64,000 nt of DNA from Bacteroidaceae bacterium (GTDB lineage Bacteria > Bacteroidota > Bacteroidia > Bacteroidales > Barnesiellaceae_A). Position 1 is the stretch's first letter, and every line of letters begins with the position of its first letter. Location of the stretch: contig JAFXAB010000029.1 of the NCBI GenBank assembly GCA_017522135.1, forward strand, positions 3,610-67,609, in the 5' to 3' direction. The translations under genes and the position numbers were made by a program. This document shows, piece by piece, positions 25,201-35,300 of this stretch. A model generated the notes under the pieces. It was not told where the DNA came from. It saw only the letters and a program-made list of their open reading frames with translations, and ran no database searches.

Positions 25201-25216
25201 GAATGTTTCTTCTCAT
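22205..25216 (-). CDS. T9SS cargo, class A: YD-like repeat / FN3-like module protein
   Basis: 1003 aa with signal peptide MRRNILTLLIAIFALSAFAQG. It has YD-like repeats (YFYDANGNKILER, YAYSYNEDGTMSRSEKY, YVYDNAGRLVAECD, YTYDEQGRLYEE) and FN3-like segments (LVGYQVIADNVLLDTVYTTESFFIENQVKGTHQYRIFALYDS). The CTD tail is VKIYNVQGIETGRENVAPGIYVVVYQNNVTKVHVR. Confidence 0.8.
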   Translation of the reverse strand: MRRNILTLLIAIFALSAFAQGNNEQVSHVKKIRHTFFWKDDAMTESDFRYDDQHIIHYFYDANGNKILERKRIYNANRTTTYISYQYNEKNLLVEKIDGNTRYAYSYNEDGTMSRSEKYNSGEISESVNYEYTDGFLTKESKYNSNNELSLYYVYQYDNNGVVTNRLKYNKNDQKTGNMAYVYDNAGRLVAECDTSVRASGASAGMISGATRILYTYDEQGRLYEETNETATISKNEGITGWTGKEKYVYLYEGTSNKLSRKEIYQWSTEKEKFEIYEHDEYTTSNRYGSDYMPQNINISLGTSITKVPVTLEKPANTDDLVGYQVIADNVLLDTVYTTESFFIENQVKGTHQYRIFALYDSIAATTSDATELTIEVVLASPTNAVIESKEYSGTAYGWSIAFTFTPPVYSEELTLTGYRYKVTGGNGGKNGTADAKAEKIAFSQLYPNTLDNEKNLCTVELFAVYTEGESEPLTFELDLRDTEDQIIVKWRNERSERTDANGVLLDSKHYYYTSNATGEVLESTIEYDANNKPTLRHTSIEGTDYTEKWNAETMQWEKYSIKEREYETFDVGETIYNYTTTKVYDAESDSYIATEKVKQHSICTMETGYRVVLVSTSNYKYENGEEVLTSYIKHYAANDYSFATDTLYAADMTTITGLVEYHYYATFNKDYGYLLSQALTSKDTYRYENGEFIKIETMEQTTNHQTQLVTSQTVSLVSETGNKSLVETTTYVASKEYGRIKAPTNIAFDGSILSWSLPTNPNMIPTGYRIFVNNIPYADTEETSIKIENIPSGRFTFTVMSLYNGSESSYLTSITADYTAAELTYDLPAPTPELPDGTIINTKDMDVIKLAFTFDRNVYAQDTENMAYAEYVGDGTKYNVTLIADENDNSKWSFSMEWNEDSKLGDYRFVVPAGTFGDETAFASDFTYGMVNAEFEFGYGLSLSAVESIENDVVIYVINHNIIAPADVKIYNVQGIETGRENVAPGIYVVVYQNNVTKVHVR

Positions 25217-25298
25217 TTTAAGATTGTGTTTATAAATTGTGAATATTAAACGCTACGCCGACACTCTTATAGGGTGTCGGCGTGAGCGTTTGTGCTTG

Positions 25299-27182
25299 TT
25301 ATAATATTACTTTGTAACTGTTGCCGTCAACTCTGACAATGTAGATACCGTTGTTTTCAACGTCGATTGTCGTGCTTCCTTCTACAACTGTTACCAAGCG
25401 ACCGTCGATGGCAAATACTTCGGCTTGATGGTATGTACCTGCTATGTATATCTTGCCGTTGGCAGCCCATACGCTCACAGCGTCATTCTCGATTTTTTCG
25501 GCCGACGAGTCGTAGTTGAGGTCTTTGTACTCGGTATTATATACATTGCAATTGTTGATGTCTTTACCGTCGTAGTGTGCAATAAAAGCTATCACCTCCA
25601 TGTTTTCGGGGTCCCACTTTTCGCTCAACTCATAGGTGTATGTTACATCATATTGGTTGTTGGTAATGTCAAGCTCGTCGCCCCAAGTGCTGGTCAGTAC
25701 CGCACGGATGGCATGGTTGTGCTCATAGTCATTGCCACCGCCTTGTTGAAAGTTGATCATGCCACTCTCGGTAACAAAGATATTGATGTAGGGTGTTTGA
25801 GGCAGATCTATTACACTCTCGCCATACACTCTCACGGTGAGTTCGCGAGTCTCGGCGTTGTATACATCATCGATGTTTACGGTTACAAATGCGGGTTGGT
25901 CGAGGCTGTAGTTGATGAAATCTTGTACATCATCTTTGTTGGTAATTCCAAATACAGGACCTTCGGCCGGTCCGCTGTAGCCCATAGCACCTTGCTCGGC
26001 AAGGTTGCGACGATCCAACATGAGGGCGGGTGCATAGGTCGAGCCTCCATAGAATGAGAGGTATGAGCGTGAGGCCGAGATTGTGTAGTTGTCTTGTCCG
26101 TAACCTGCGTGGTGTACCACAAGAGCTATATCATTGCGACCTTCGCGTATCTCTTTCATGATGGTGTGTGCGCGAGGACAGTTTACACATTGTGTTGTCG
26201 AGAACTCCTCTGCAAGAACTTTGCGAGGTACGAGGTTCGACATGCTGTTTACGCTCTTGGTGAATGTGTTGTTTGCCGGATTTTCGTCGGCATTGCCCTC
26301 TATGCTGGTTATCTCTACTGTTACGTCATATATACCGTCTTCTTCAATCGAAACAATACCCTCTATTGCAAAGTTGCTTGTCTCACCCGAGGCTATTGAG
26401 GTTGTAACGGTATACATTATAGGTGCGTTGTCACCTATGGTTATGGCTGTTTCAAATGAAGATATATTCATTGCAGCCACATTCTTCACTGTACCATATA
26501 TATTGAGGTAATCTCCTGTGCGTACATATTCCTTTATGCTCACGTTTTGCAATTCAAGGTCATACTTGGGAAGATTGTCGCCCGAGAGTGTAAACTTGAT
26601 ACAGTTGTTACCAAAGTTATAGTCGGCCAAGTGTTCCCACACCCACGATTGGCTCTCAATGTCATAGAGGGCACAAATGTCACCATAAGGATTGGCATCG
26701 TTTGCATCTACACCTACAGGATAAGCATCTTCTTTTGTAACGGTCAGTTCATAGCCGATAAAGAATCCTTCTCCGTCGAGTGTGTAAGGTGTCTCCAATT
26801 CTATTTCGTTCCATTGTTGTGCGGTGAATTTGACACTTTGAGAGTATAGCAACTCGTCGCTATCCAACGAACGGAATATGATTATTTGTGCATCGCTACC
26901 GGCATTATTACCCAATCCGGCCCAAAATTTGGTGATTTGAGAGCCTTGATATCTGGCTGCTACCTCTTGGGGCACTTCTATCACGGCGCGTATCGAACCG
27001 GCTACACCCCAACCAATTTGGCTTTCGATGTCACCGCAATAGCTATACTCCATGCTGAGAGTCTCCTCGCTTGTAGCTTGCGGAGCTGCCATGGCGCAAG
27101 GTGCTTGCTGTATGCGTAGTTGTTGTGCGTTGAGCATGATTGCCATTGTGGCAACCATGCTCAATATGATACTTCTTTTCAT
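25299..27182 (-). CDS. T9SS cargo, class B: thioredoxin-like C-x-x-C (Omp28-related-like) protein
   Basis: 627 aa with signal peptide MKRSIILSMVATMAIMLNAQQ and central motif VLAEEFSTTQCVNCPRAH. The CTD tail is AEVFAIDGRLVTVVEGSTTIDVENNGIYIVRVDGNSYKVIL. Confidence 0.75.
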   Translation of the reverse strand: MKRSIILSMVATMAIMLNAQQLRIQQAPCAMAAPQATSEETLSMEYSYCGDIESQIGWGVAGSIRAVIEVPQEVAARYQGSQITKFWAGLGNNAGSDAQIIIFRSLDSDELLYSQSVKFTAQQWNEIELETPYTLDGEGFFIGYELTVTKEDAYPVGVDANDANPYGDICALYDIESQSWVWEHLADYNFGNNCIKFTLSGDNLPKYDLELQNVSIKEYVRTGDYLNIYGTVKNVAAMNISSFETAITIGDNAPIMYTVTTSIASGETSNFAIEGIVSIEEDGIYDVTVEITSIEGNADENPANNTFTKSVNSMSNLVPRKVLAEEFSTTQCVNCPRAHTIMKEIREGRNDIALVVHHAGYGQDNYTISASRSYLSFYGGSTYAPALMLDRRNLAEQGAMGYSGPAEGPVFGITNKDDVQDFINYSLDQPAFVTVNIDDVYNAETRELTVRVYGESVIDLPQTPYINIFVTESGMINFQQGGGNDYEHNHAIRAVLTSTWGDELDITNNQYDVTYTYELSEKWDPENMEVIAFIAHYDGKDINNCNVYNTEYKDLNYDSSAEKIENDAVSVWAANGKIYIAGTYHQAEVFAIDGRLVTVVEGSTTIDVENNGIYIVRVDGNSYKVIL

Positions 27183-27194
27183 ATCAGTCTATTA

Positions 27195-28748
27195 TTACAA
27201 TTTGTACACTTTACCTGTTACCGATACACCGTTCATTTCGGCAGTTACCACATATACACCGTTTGAGAGGTTCTCTACGTTCAATGTTGTAGCTTTTCCG
27301 TTGTGTATCATGGCTTGTTTGCCACAGATGTCATAAATTACAATGTTGCTTGCCTCGTTGCCAAAGCGCAACTCGTTGCCGGCCAATACAATGTCGTTGT
27401 TTTGGGGTGTGTCGAGTGTTTTCTTGATGTCGCTCATGAAGCCGGGCAATTTCACGCAGAATACCTCTTTGTTTTCGAGGTCGCCCTCGGGTGTTACCGA
27501 GCGATATACACCTACGATTACTGACATATCGGGAGCTACGCTGCTACATTCGATATACTCGGTGTTGGGGGGAAGGTATGACCAAAGGTCGAGTTTGTAC
27601 TCATCGTGCAACCACTCCGACAATTCTATTGCCTCTGTGCTGCCTGCAGGCTTGAGATAGAAGTTGATACCGTCGGTCGAAATGAGGTCGCCGTCGTTGC
27701 TCACACCGTATGTATACCAGCCGTTGCCGATATTCTCGTATTTTGTGAGTTCGCCTGTTTCAAGGTTGAAGAGTACGGGATAGCTATGTGAGGTCTTCTC
27801 GAGTGACAAGTCGCCGGGTTCCCATGTATACTCCGACTCGGTTGCCATAGGAGCAATCCACTTGCCGTTGCAACTCATGATGATAGGTACTGCTGTTACT
27901 TCAAAGCCTGTTTTCCATTCGGTCCAGAAGTTGTATTGCCACTCGGCAAATGCACATTGATACTCCTCTACTTGATACATGTATTCGGGGTCGCCGGGCT
28001 CTACGGTTATGTAGTCATACATGTTGGGCTCTTGAGCCATCCACTTGTCGTATATTTCGTTTCCATTGAAGGTGAGGTCGAAGAATGGATATTCGTATGT
28101 CCATTCGCCATTGTTGTATGTGTATACAATGGGTTGATAGTAGCGACCCTTCTTCTCAACGCACACGCCTATTACGGTATTACCGTCGGCCGAGATGGTA
28201 CGTGTAGAGATAAATTGAGTCTTTGTGCCAAGGAAGTCGGTCGAGGGATTGGGGAGCTCCTCATAAATCCATGAGCCGTCTTCTTGCAATCGCCATATAC
28301 AGGGGAATACTGTGTAGGGCTTGTCGGTGTCTATTGTACCCATAATAAAACCAACGATAATGGTACCGTCGGGGGTAATTTCATTGGCATATCCTTCTGT
28401 GATGCCGGTGTAAGGGAAGGGGAGTCGCTCCCACTCTTGACGGTCAGCGTGGAAGATGGCGGGCATCATATCGTGGTCTTTACCAACAATAAGTCCGTCG
28501 TCCGATACGTCAGAGAAACACATGTCGTCATACTCACCTGTGGCGGGTAGTACCATCAATCGCTCTTCCAATACATCGAAACGATATGCCTCGGTGTATT
28601 GACGTGTACCCACAATAAAACGTCCGTTACCCGATATACCCATGGTAAACCAAGGTGTGCCGGTAAAAATCACATCGCACTCTTCTGTTGCGAACGATGA
28701 AATAGCCATCAGTAGTGACAAGGCTAAAATGGTAAATTTCTTTCTCAT
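27195..28748 (-). CDS. T9SS cargo, class C: propeller-like (HAF-like) repeat protein
   Basis: 517 aa with signal peptide MRKKFTILALSLLMAISSFA. The recurring motif is ISGNGRFIVGT, VSDDGLIVGK, ITPDGTIIVGF, ISADGNTVIGV. The CTD tail is IVIYDICGKQAMIHNGKATTLNVENLSNGVYVVTAEMNGVSVTGKVYKL. Confidence 0.75.
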   Translation of the reverse strand: MRKKFTILALSLLMAISSFATEECDVIFTGTPWFTMGISGNGRFIVGTRQYTEAYRFDVLEERLMVLPATGEYDDMCFSDVSDDGLIVGKDHDMMPAIFHADRQEWERLPFPYTGITEGYANEITPDGTIIVGFIMGTIDTDKPYTVFPCIWRLQEDGSWIYEELPNPSTDFLGTKTQFISTRTISADGNTVIGVCVEKKGRYYQPIVYTYNNGEWTYEYPFFDLTFNGNEIYDKWMAQEPNMYDYITVEPGDPEYMYQVEEYQCAFAEWQYNFWTEWKTGFEVTAVPIIMSCNGKWIAPMATESEYTWEPGDLSLEKTSHSYPVLFNLETGELTKYENIGNGWYTYGVSNDGDLISTDGINFYLKPAGSTEAIELSEWLHDEYKLDLWSYLPPNTEYIECSSVAPDMSVIVGVYRSVTPEGDLENKEVFCVKLPGFMSDIKKTLDTPQNNDIVLAGNELRFGNEASNIVIYDICGKQAMIHNGKATTLNVENLSNGVYVVTAEMNGVSVTGKVYKL

Positions 28749-28813
28749 AAGTCGTTATAAATAGGTTTGTGTTAAATCTTTGAAAGATATGGTGTTTACA
28801 TCAATAGCAACTG

Positions 28814-28821
28814 CAAAATTA
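28814..28821 (-). promoter_or_regulatory. Candidate -7 box (TAATTTTG) for the minus-arm cargo operon
   Basis: The minus-strand sequence TAATTTTG lies ~66 nt upstream of ATG 28748. Confidence 0.45.
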
Positions 28822-28971
28822 GTCAATATTTTTTAATCTGCTTTATATTAATGCATGTTTTTTTTGCTAATGTATAATCTTAAAGTTTGAGAAGGTTGTT
28901 TGTTCTGTTTAATATTCTGTGCTGCCACGTGAAAAAACGAATGAAAATGTGTATTTTTTGTGAATTATGTA

Positions 28972-28979
28972 TATATTTG
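28972..28979 (+). promoter_or_regulatory. Candidate -7 box (TATATTTG) for the plus-arm cargo genes
   Basis: The plus-strand sequence TATATTTG lies 68 nt upstream of ATG 29047. Confidence 0.45.
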
Positions 28980-29046
28980 CACAGTGAAATATTCTTAATG
29001 TCTGCTTCTTTAAGAGGCTATGTAAAAACCTAATAATAATAAGCTT

Positions 29047-32000
29047 ATGAAAATGAGATTACTTGCAATGAGTATGGGCTTTATTGTTGCCATGGCATCA
29101 ATGATGGCCCGGGCCGATGTGACGCTCACCTACAAGGAAAAGTATGGCGACCACATGGGCGTTTCTTCGGCTTGTCAAGCCAAAGATTACTATTTCTACG
29201 ATGCACAAGGTCGTGTAGTACGTCATGTATTCCACACTGCCGGCACATCGGGTCACTTTGAGGTTCAAAATGTCTATTATTACAACTTCGACGACAAAGG
29301 CAACTTGACAAGTGTAGTCAACTATCAATGGCGACCCGCTTATTCCGACTGGTCGTTGAGCGATAGTATTGCGTATGAGTACGACGACAAGGGCAATTGT
29401 ATTGCCGAGATAGGTGGACGCGACACATACAAGTACACCTATGATGAGAATGGTAATATTGTTACCAAAATCGCTTCGGTTACTGCTACCGGTCAAGTAC
29501 TTCAGACATTGACTTACTCCGATTTTGTCCCCGGTGTTGTCAACAAGCCTCGTGCCTATGAGTCGCAAGGTGCTTTCTCCAACTATGCCTATTCAGGCAC
29601 AATGGAGTATGATGCCGCCTATCGTCTTGTGGTAGACGACCGTCTCACTGCCACCGGCTCAAAGATGCAACGCATCGAGTATACCTACGACGAAAAGGGT
29701 GTGTGCACAGCCGAGAAGTGGTATACATCGCCCAGCTGGACTCCCGAGGAAATAGAGGCCGGTAGTGAAGCCGATACATTGTTCTTCAGTCGCGAGATTA
29801 CCCGCACACTCACCGATGGTAAGTACTATCGAGTTGCCGAGCGCGCCAAGGAGGCTGTAGACTTTGACCCCGTCGATTTCAGCCCCATCTATGCATGGGT
29901 CAATCAACCCTCCAACTATCATGAGTATTATGCCGAGACAAATGAGAATACAGCTCCCACTGCATTGAGCCTCTCTAATGCCTCTACTGCCGAATCACCC
30001 AATTCTGTTAAGATTACAGCACAAGCTCCTGCCGGCATGACAGGTGCTCAATACATCATCTGGCGCAACTGGGAGATTGTAGCCACTGTTGAGGCTGTTG
30101 ATGGTGTTATAGAGTATACCGACAGCAATGTGGAGAGTCGCACTCACACCTACTTTGTGCAGACCTACGATCCCCAAACAGGTGCCTACTACAATGTTAC
30201 CGACCTCACTACTATCAATATGTCGGTCTACTTGGCTCCGGTTGTCAATATTCGTCTGGTAGCCGGTCGCAAAGATACTGCTAAGGATGCCATGACAGGT
30301 GTTACTTATGACACATATTATATCACACTCGAGTGGGATGCTCCTGCATGTGACTATCAGGTGAAAACTTACCAAATCTTCCAAAAACCCTTTGCAATGC
30401 CTGTAGCAACCGTTGAGGGTGATGTGTGCCGTGTTGAGTTGAACATGCCCGATGAAGAGACTGCCGATATCCGCATCGATGCTGTCTACGAATTGGGTAC
30501 AGTTACAGGCCAATATGTTACATTCAATTGGGATAGATCTGAGGACTTTGAGGGTGAGCAACCCGCCGATGTGTTGACTCTTGTTAAGGAAGATCATGGT
30601 GGCGAACTCATCAACAACCTTTACAATGCCGACAACAACCTGTATCGTGTCAAGAACTTGATGGGTACAAGTAGCGGTTACGGACCCAACTACCAATACT
30701 ATTACAACTACGAGAATGGATTGCTCAGCGAGTACTACTTTATCCAATACAAAGAAATGGGTGTGTGGACCGATCCCAAAGATCGCACCATATATGAGTA
30801 TGACGAGCAAGGTCGTCTCGTAAGAAAAGAGAGCCTCTATACCTACAACGATATGTATGAGTATACCTACGATGAACAAGGTCGCCTCGTGTCGTATACC
30901 AAGTATGGTAAGACCGACCGTAACAATCCCGATGCCGAGTACGATAAGCTTTATCACACAGTGAATTATAGCGAATTTGATGCCAATAACAATCCCTTGC
31001 GCTCCGATTATATCGACCACCTCTATGCCACCGGTACATACTATGTATTGTATACCTACGACGAGCAAGGTCGTGTGCTTGTAGAAGAATCTTGGAAACC
31101 CAATCTCAATACCGAAGACGAGAACGATAGAATACCGAACTATAAGTATGAAAATACATACGACGAGAACGGCATAATAGTCGACCGCATCAAGTCAAAT
31201 AAGGATTGGGAGTCGGATGCCTTTGTGTATGCTTCGCGCGAAACCCGCACCAAGGTGTCGGATACACAATACGATTTCCAAAGCTACAACTACGACGTGT
31301 ATGACCTCGTATGGGCTCCCTTTAGAAGTCACACCGAATATTATGCAGTGCTTGATGGTGCATACGCTCCTCTCGACCTCAAGGTCGATTATATCAGTAA
31401 TGTCAACTTTACCAACGCTGTACAATTGACTTGCACAGTTCCTGCCAAGGAAGTGCCCAATGCTCAATATATCGTATGGTACGATTGGCAACCGGTCGAT
31501 ACCATTGCTCCGGTAAACGGTAAGATTACCTATATTGCCGAGAACTTGCCCAATGGTCGCGAAATAGAGTTCCTCGTTCAGTCGTACGATGCTGTCAACG
31601 ATGTTATGTACAACGTATCTAATGCCGTAACAGCCAGCTATACAGTCGAGTTGCCTCCTGTTACCAACTTGCGTTATGTAAAAACTACCGAAGGCGAGTT
31701 TGCCGATGCACAAGGCTCTATGCACCCCGCCTATTGGGTACACTTCGAGTGGGATGCTCCCGAGACCGACCTCGCAATTGTGCGCTACAATGTGTATGAG
31801 CAAGGTTGGGCTGTTCCTTTGAGTACTACAACCAACACTTGCGACAGCCTCTCGGTATACCGTGAGAAGAACTTCGACTCTCCCGATCAACAACGCAATA
31901 TCGTTGTAGAGGTATCGGTAGTATACGAAATAGGCGAGTCGGAGCTTGTATCGCAATCGTTCAATGTCGAGCACTCGGGCGTTGAGGATGTTGCTGTAAG

Positions 32001-32196
32001 ACGTGTATATGTCGATGGCGACTACCTCTATATCGACGGTGTTGCCGATGTGGTTATTTACAATACCGCAGGTGTTGTCGTTGAAAACCGTAGCAATGTT
32101 GCCGGTGTCAACCTTTCGGCGTTGCACAACGGTGTTTATGTTGCGGTTGTGAGAATTGCCGATAAGTTGCAAATTGTAAAGTTTGTTCGCAATTAA
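29047..32196 (+). CDS. T9SS cargo, class A: YD-like repeat / FN3-like module protein (tandem paralog 1)
   Basis: 1049 aa with a signal peptide and YD-like repeats (YKYTYDENGNIVTK, YEYDDKGNCIAE, YEYDEQGRLVRKE, YEYTYDEQGRLVSY, YTYDEQGRVLVEE). The block [YD region + two FN3-like modules] occurs twice. The CTD tail is VVIYNTAGVVVENRSNVAGVNLSALHNGVYVAVVRIADKLQIVKFVRN. Confidence 0.8.
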   Translation: MKMRLLAMSMGFIVAMASMMARADVTLTYKEKYGDHMGVSSACQAKDYYFYDAQGRVVRHVFHTAGTSGHFEVQNVYYYNFDDKGNLTSVVNYQWRPAYSDWSLSDSIAYEYDDKGNCIAEIGGRDTYKYTYDENGNIVTKIASVTATGQVLQTLTYSDFVPGVVNKPRAYESQGAFSNYAYSGTMEYDAAYRLVVDDRLTATGSKMQRIEYTYDEKGVCTAEKWYTSPSWTPEEIEAGSEADTLFFSREITRTLTDGKYYRVAERAKEAVDFDPVDFSPIYAWVNQPSNYHEYYAETNENTAPTALSLSNASTAESPNSVKITAQAPAGMTGAQYIIWRNWEIVATVEAVDGVIEYTDSNVESRTHTYFVQTYDPQTGAYYNVTDLTTINMSVYLAPVVNIRLVAGRKDTAKDAMTGVTYDTYYITLEWDAPACDYQVKTYQIFQKPFAMPVATVEGDVCRVELNMPDEETADIRIDAVYELGTVTGQYVTFNWDRSEDFEGEQPADVLTLVKEDHGGELINNLYNADNNLYRVKNLMGTSSGYGPNYQYYYNYENGLLSEYYFIQYKEMGVWTDPKDRTIYEYDEQGRLVRKESLYTYNDMYEYTYDEQGRLVSYTKYGKTDRNNPDAEYDKLYHTVNYSEFDANNNPLRSDYIDHLYATGTYYVLYTYDEQGRVLVEESWKPNLNTEDENDRIPNYKYENTYDENGIIVDRIKSNKDWESDAFVYASRETRTKVSDTQYDFQSYNYDVYDLVWAPFRSHTEYYAVLDGAYAPLDLKVDYISNVNFTNAVQLTCTVPAKEVPNAQYIVWYDWQPVDTIAPVNGKITYIAENLPNGREIEFLVQSYDAVNDVMYNVSNAVTASYTVELPPVTNLRYVKTTEGEFADAQGSMHPAYWVHFEWDAPETDLAIVRYNVYEQGWAVPLSTTTNTCDSLSVYREKNFDSPDQQRNIVVEVSVVYEIGESELVSQSFNVEHSGVEDVAVRRVYVDGDYLYIDGVADVVIYNTAGVVVENRSNVAGVNLSALHNGVYVAVVRIADKLQIVKFVRN

Positions 32197-32225
32197 AAGC
32201 CCATAGATACGATTAGTATCTTTCC

Positions 32226-32268
32226 AAGGTCGCATTGGTGTAAGTACAATGCGACCTTTTGTATTTTT
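32226..32268 (+). terminator. Intrinsic terminator between the two class-A paralogs
   Basis: A 12-bp stem AAGGTCGCATTG (32226-32237) / CAATGCGACCTT (32247-32258) is followed by TTGTATTTTT. Confidence 0.8.
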
Positions 32269-32350
32269 GGGGATTATTCTTGGTTGTCAATAAATGTTAA
32301 AATGTAATCTTAAAAAACGCCTCTTTTATATATAATATATAATCTTTATA

Positions 32351-32358
32351 TATCTTTG
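32351..32358 (+). promoter_or_regulatory. Candidate -7 box (TATCTTTG) for the 32396 gene
   Basis: The plus-strand sequence TATCTTTG lies 38 nt upstream of ATG 32396. Confidence 0.45.
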
Positions 32359-32395
32359 CGCCAAGAAACTATATTTTTAACCTAATAGTAAGAAC

Positions 32396-35300
32396 ATGAA
32401 GAAAAATCTACTCGCAAAGGGGTTGTGTGCATTGATGTTTGCATCGGCCCTTCAGGTGAATGCCGATCCTACTATGGTTGCCTCTTACAAGATAGGCGAC
32501 AGTATGGGAGCCGAGGGTGTTACACTCAAGTCTGTTAATCTTTATGACGGACAAAACAAAGTAATCCGCACATACAACGTAGCTACCGACTATGCCGGAG
32601 ATTCATACACCGAGACTGTTGTTCGTTATGAATACAACGAGCAAGGCTTGTTGGTAAAAGATCGTGCCTCGCAATATCGTCCTGCCTATGGCGACTGGGT
32701 CGATGGCGATGAAAACGTATATCAATACGACGAGCAAGGTCGTCTCATCCAAATTGACGATGCCAATCGTGGTTATAAATATACCTACGATGAGAATGGT
32801 AATTTGACCAACGAGAAGTATTACTCAAACAGTACTACCACCACCATTCAAGACATTAGCTACTTCGACTTCGATGCCAATGGCAATCCCGCACGCAGCG
32901 AGTCGGACGGTTATTATTCGGACTATCGCTTCGACGGTGTATATACTTATGATGCACAAGGTCGTTGCATAGACATCATGCGCCATTGTGTTGCCGGTAC
33001 AGTACACAGCCGCGACACTTACGAGTTTGACGAGGCCGGTATCTTGACTCACAACTACAAGTACATGTCGGCTTATGGTGCCGGTGGTCGCGAAGGTGGT
33101 CAAGTAGGTGGTACTAAGGATACATTGCGTTACGACCAACACATTGAGCGTGTAAACCTCGGTAACGGTTGGTATCAAAAGACTGTGTGGACTTGGACAT
33201 ACTACATCAGCCAATGGACTAAGGGTAGCACTGTCTTCAACGAGCTCTATGTAAACCTCGATGGTGCTTATGCACCCCGCAACATCGTTGCCGAGAATAT
33301 CTCTACCGACGAGCAACCCAATACTGCCAAGGTTACAGCCGACGTTCCCGCTACACTCCCCGTAGAGGCTACAAGCTACATCATCTGGCGTAACGGTATG
33401 ATGGTAGGTGTTGTAGAGGCTGTCAATGGCAAGATCGAATTTGTAGAGTCAAACCTTGCCAACGACACTTACGAATACATCGTTCAAGCCTACGATGCAG
33501 CCAACGATGTATACTACAACTGCTCTGATATTGCTACAGTTGCCATTACAGTACCCCTCAGCCCCGCCAAGAACGTGCGCGTAGTGGGTGGTTATCATGG
33601 CACATACGAAGATCCCCAAGCCGGTGCTTATGAGACATTCTTTATCAAGCTCGCATGGGATGTAGACCCCTGTGACGATACTATTCTCGGTTACAAAGTA
33701 TGGCAATATCCTTGGGCTTATCCCGCTGTAGAGGTTACAGGTGACGTGAGAAATTGTGAGTTGAATATGGCCGACGATGAGGCTGTAAATGTTCGCGTCG
33801 ATGTTGTGTATGAGCACGGTGTGAAAGAGGGTGAGTACGTACCCTTGTTCTGGGACAACAGCGAGGACTTCGAGGGCGAGCCTATGCCCAAGTATTACCT
33901 CACTTATGAGAAAAACTATGGCGACCACATGGGTACTGCCGGTGCTTCAAGCATCAACTACTACATCTACGACAACAACAACAATATCTCTCGTCGTGTA
34001 GACTATGGCTATCAAACCGATGGTACTGCCGTGCCTACATACCACTACTTCTATGACTATAACAGCAATGGTCAGCTCATTTCTGAGTTCTACCGCCAAA
34101 TGAATGCTCTTGGCGAGTGGGGTAAGAACAAAATGACTTATGTCTATACATACGATATGTTTGGCCGCTTGGCTACCAAAGAAGATACAACATCAAATCG
34201 CTTGTATGAGTACTCATACGATGCTCAAGGTCACCTTGTAACTGTTACCGATAAGGGTAAGAGCTGGGGTGCAGAGGAGTATGACAAGTTGTATTCGACT
34301 ACTACCTACAGCCAATTTGACGAGAACGGCAATCCTGCCTATGCCGAGTTTGTACACGCTATGTATGCAAGCAGCAGCTACAATACTACTTATACATACG
34401 ACAGCGAAGGTCGCATCCTCGTTCAAGAGTCGCGTACTCCCGAAGGTATGGCTTATGAAAAACTCGAGTTTACTTATGATAAATATGGTGTAGAGACTTT
34501 AAGAGTACGTTATACTCCCTGGTATGACGAGAAGACTTATCAAGCTACCGAGCGTTTTGTGATGTCTACTCGCACCGTACGCGAAGCACAAGAGGGTATG
34601 GTATACAAACGTTACGAAGAGAACTACGACCTCAAGAGCGAAACTTGGTCTAACAACGGTCGTTATACTATGGAGACCTACTCACCCCTCAACGGTGGCT
34701 TGACTCCTCAAAATCTTGTTGTGACAGATGCCTCTACTCCCGAGTCGCCCAACACAATCGAGATCGAATGTAACTTCCCCAAAATCAAACTTGCCAACGC
34801 TCAATACATCATCTGGCGTGGTTGGATACCCGTTGACACTGTTACTGCTACAGCCGCTCAAGGTATCATCCGCTTCCGTGATGTGAATGTAGAGAACGGT
34901 ACTTACGAGTACATCGTGCAAACATACGATGCCGCTACTCAACAATCGTTCAACGCTACAGCTCCCGTTGTATTTACATTGGAAGTTCAATTGGATCCCA
35001 TCAGCAACCTTCGCTACACAGGTACTACCGAAGGCGAATACAAAGATGCCGAGCTCGGCTCGATGCCCGCATATTGGATACACTTCGCATGGGATGCTCC
35101 CCAAACTGCATTGCCCATCCTCAACTACAACATCTATCAAGATGGTTTCAAGATTCCTGTATCGCAAACTACCAACACCAACGACAGCGTATGGGTTTAT
35201 CGTGAGGATGAGGAAAATATTGCCAACCAAACTACTACTACAAGCGTAGAGGTGAAAGTTGTATACTCTTTCGGTGAGTCGGAAGGTGTGAGTCAAGAAT

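Noticed and set aside
29995-32235. Long antisense ORFs (29995..31068, 31195..32235; likewise 34682..35449, 43189..44157, 38455..38964, 2330..2977, 16936..17634) opposite the large cargo genes.
   Set aside because: They are shadow ORFs of strongly supported genes on the other strand. Their translations are low-complexity (I/V/G/Y-rich) with no signal peptides or family motifs, and they have no promoters of their own.
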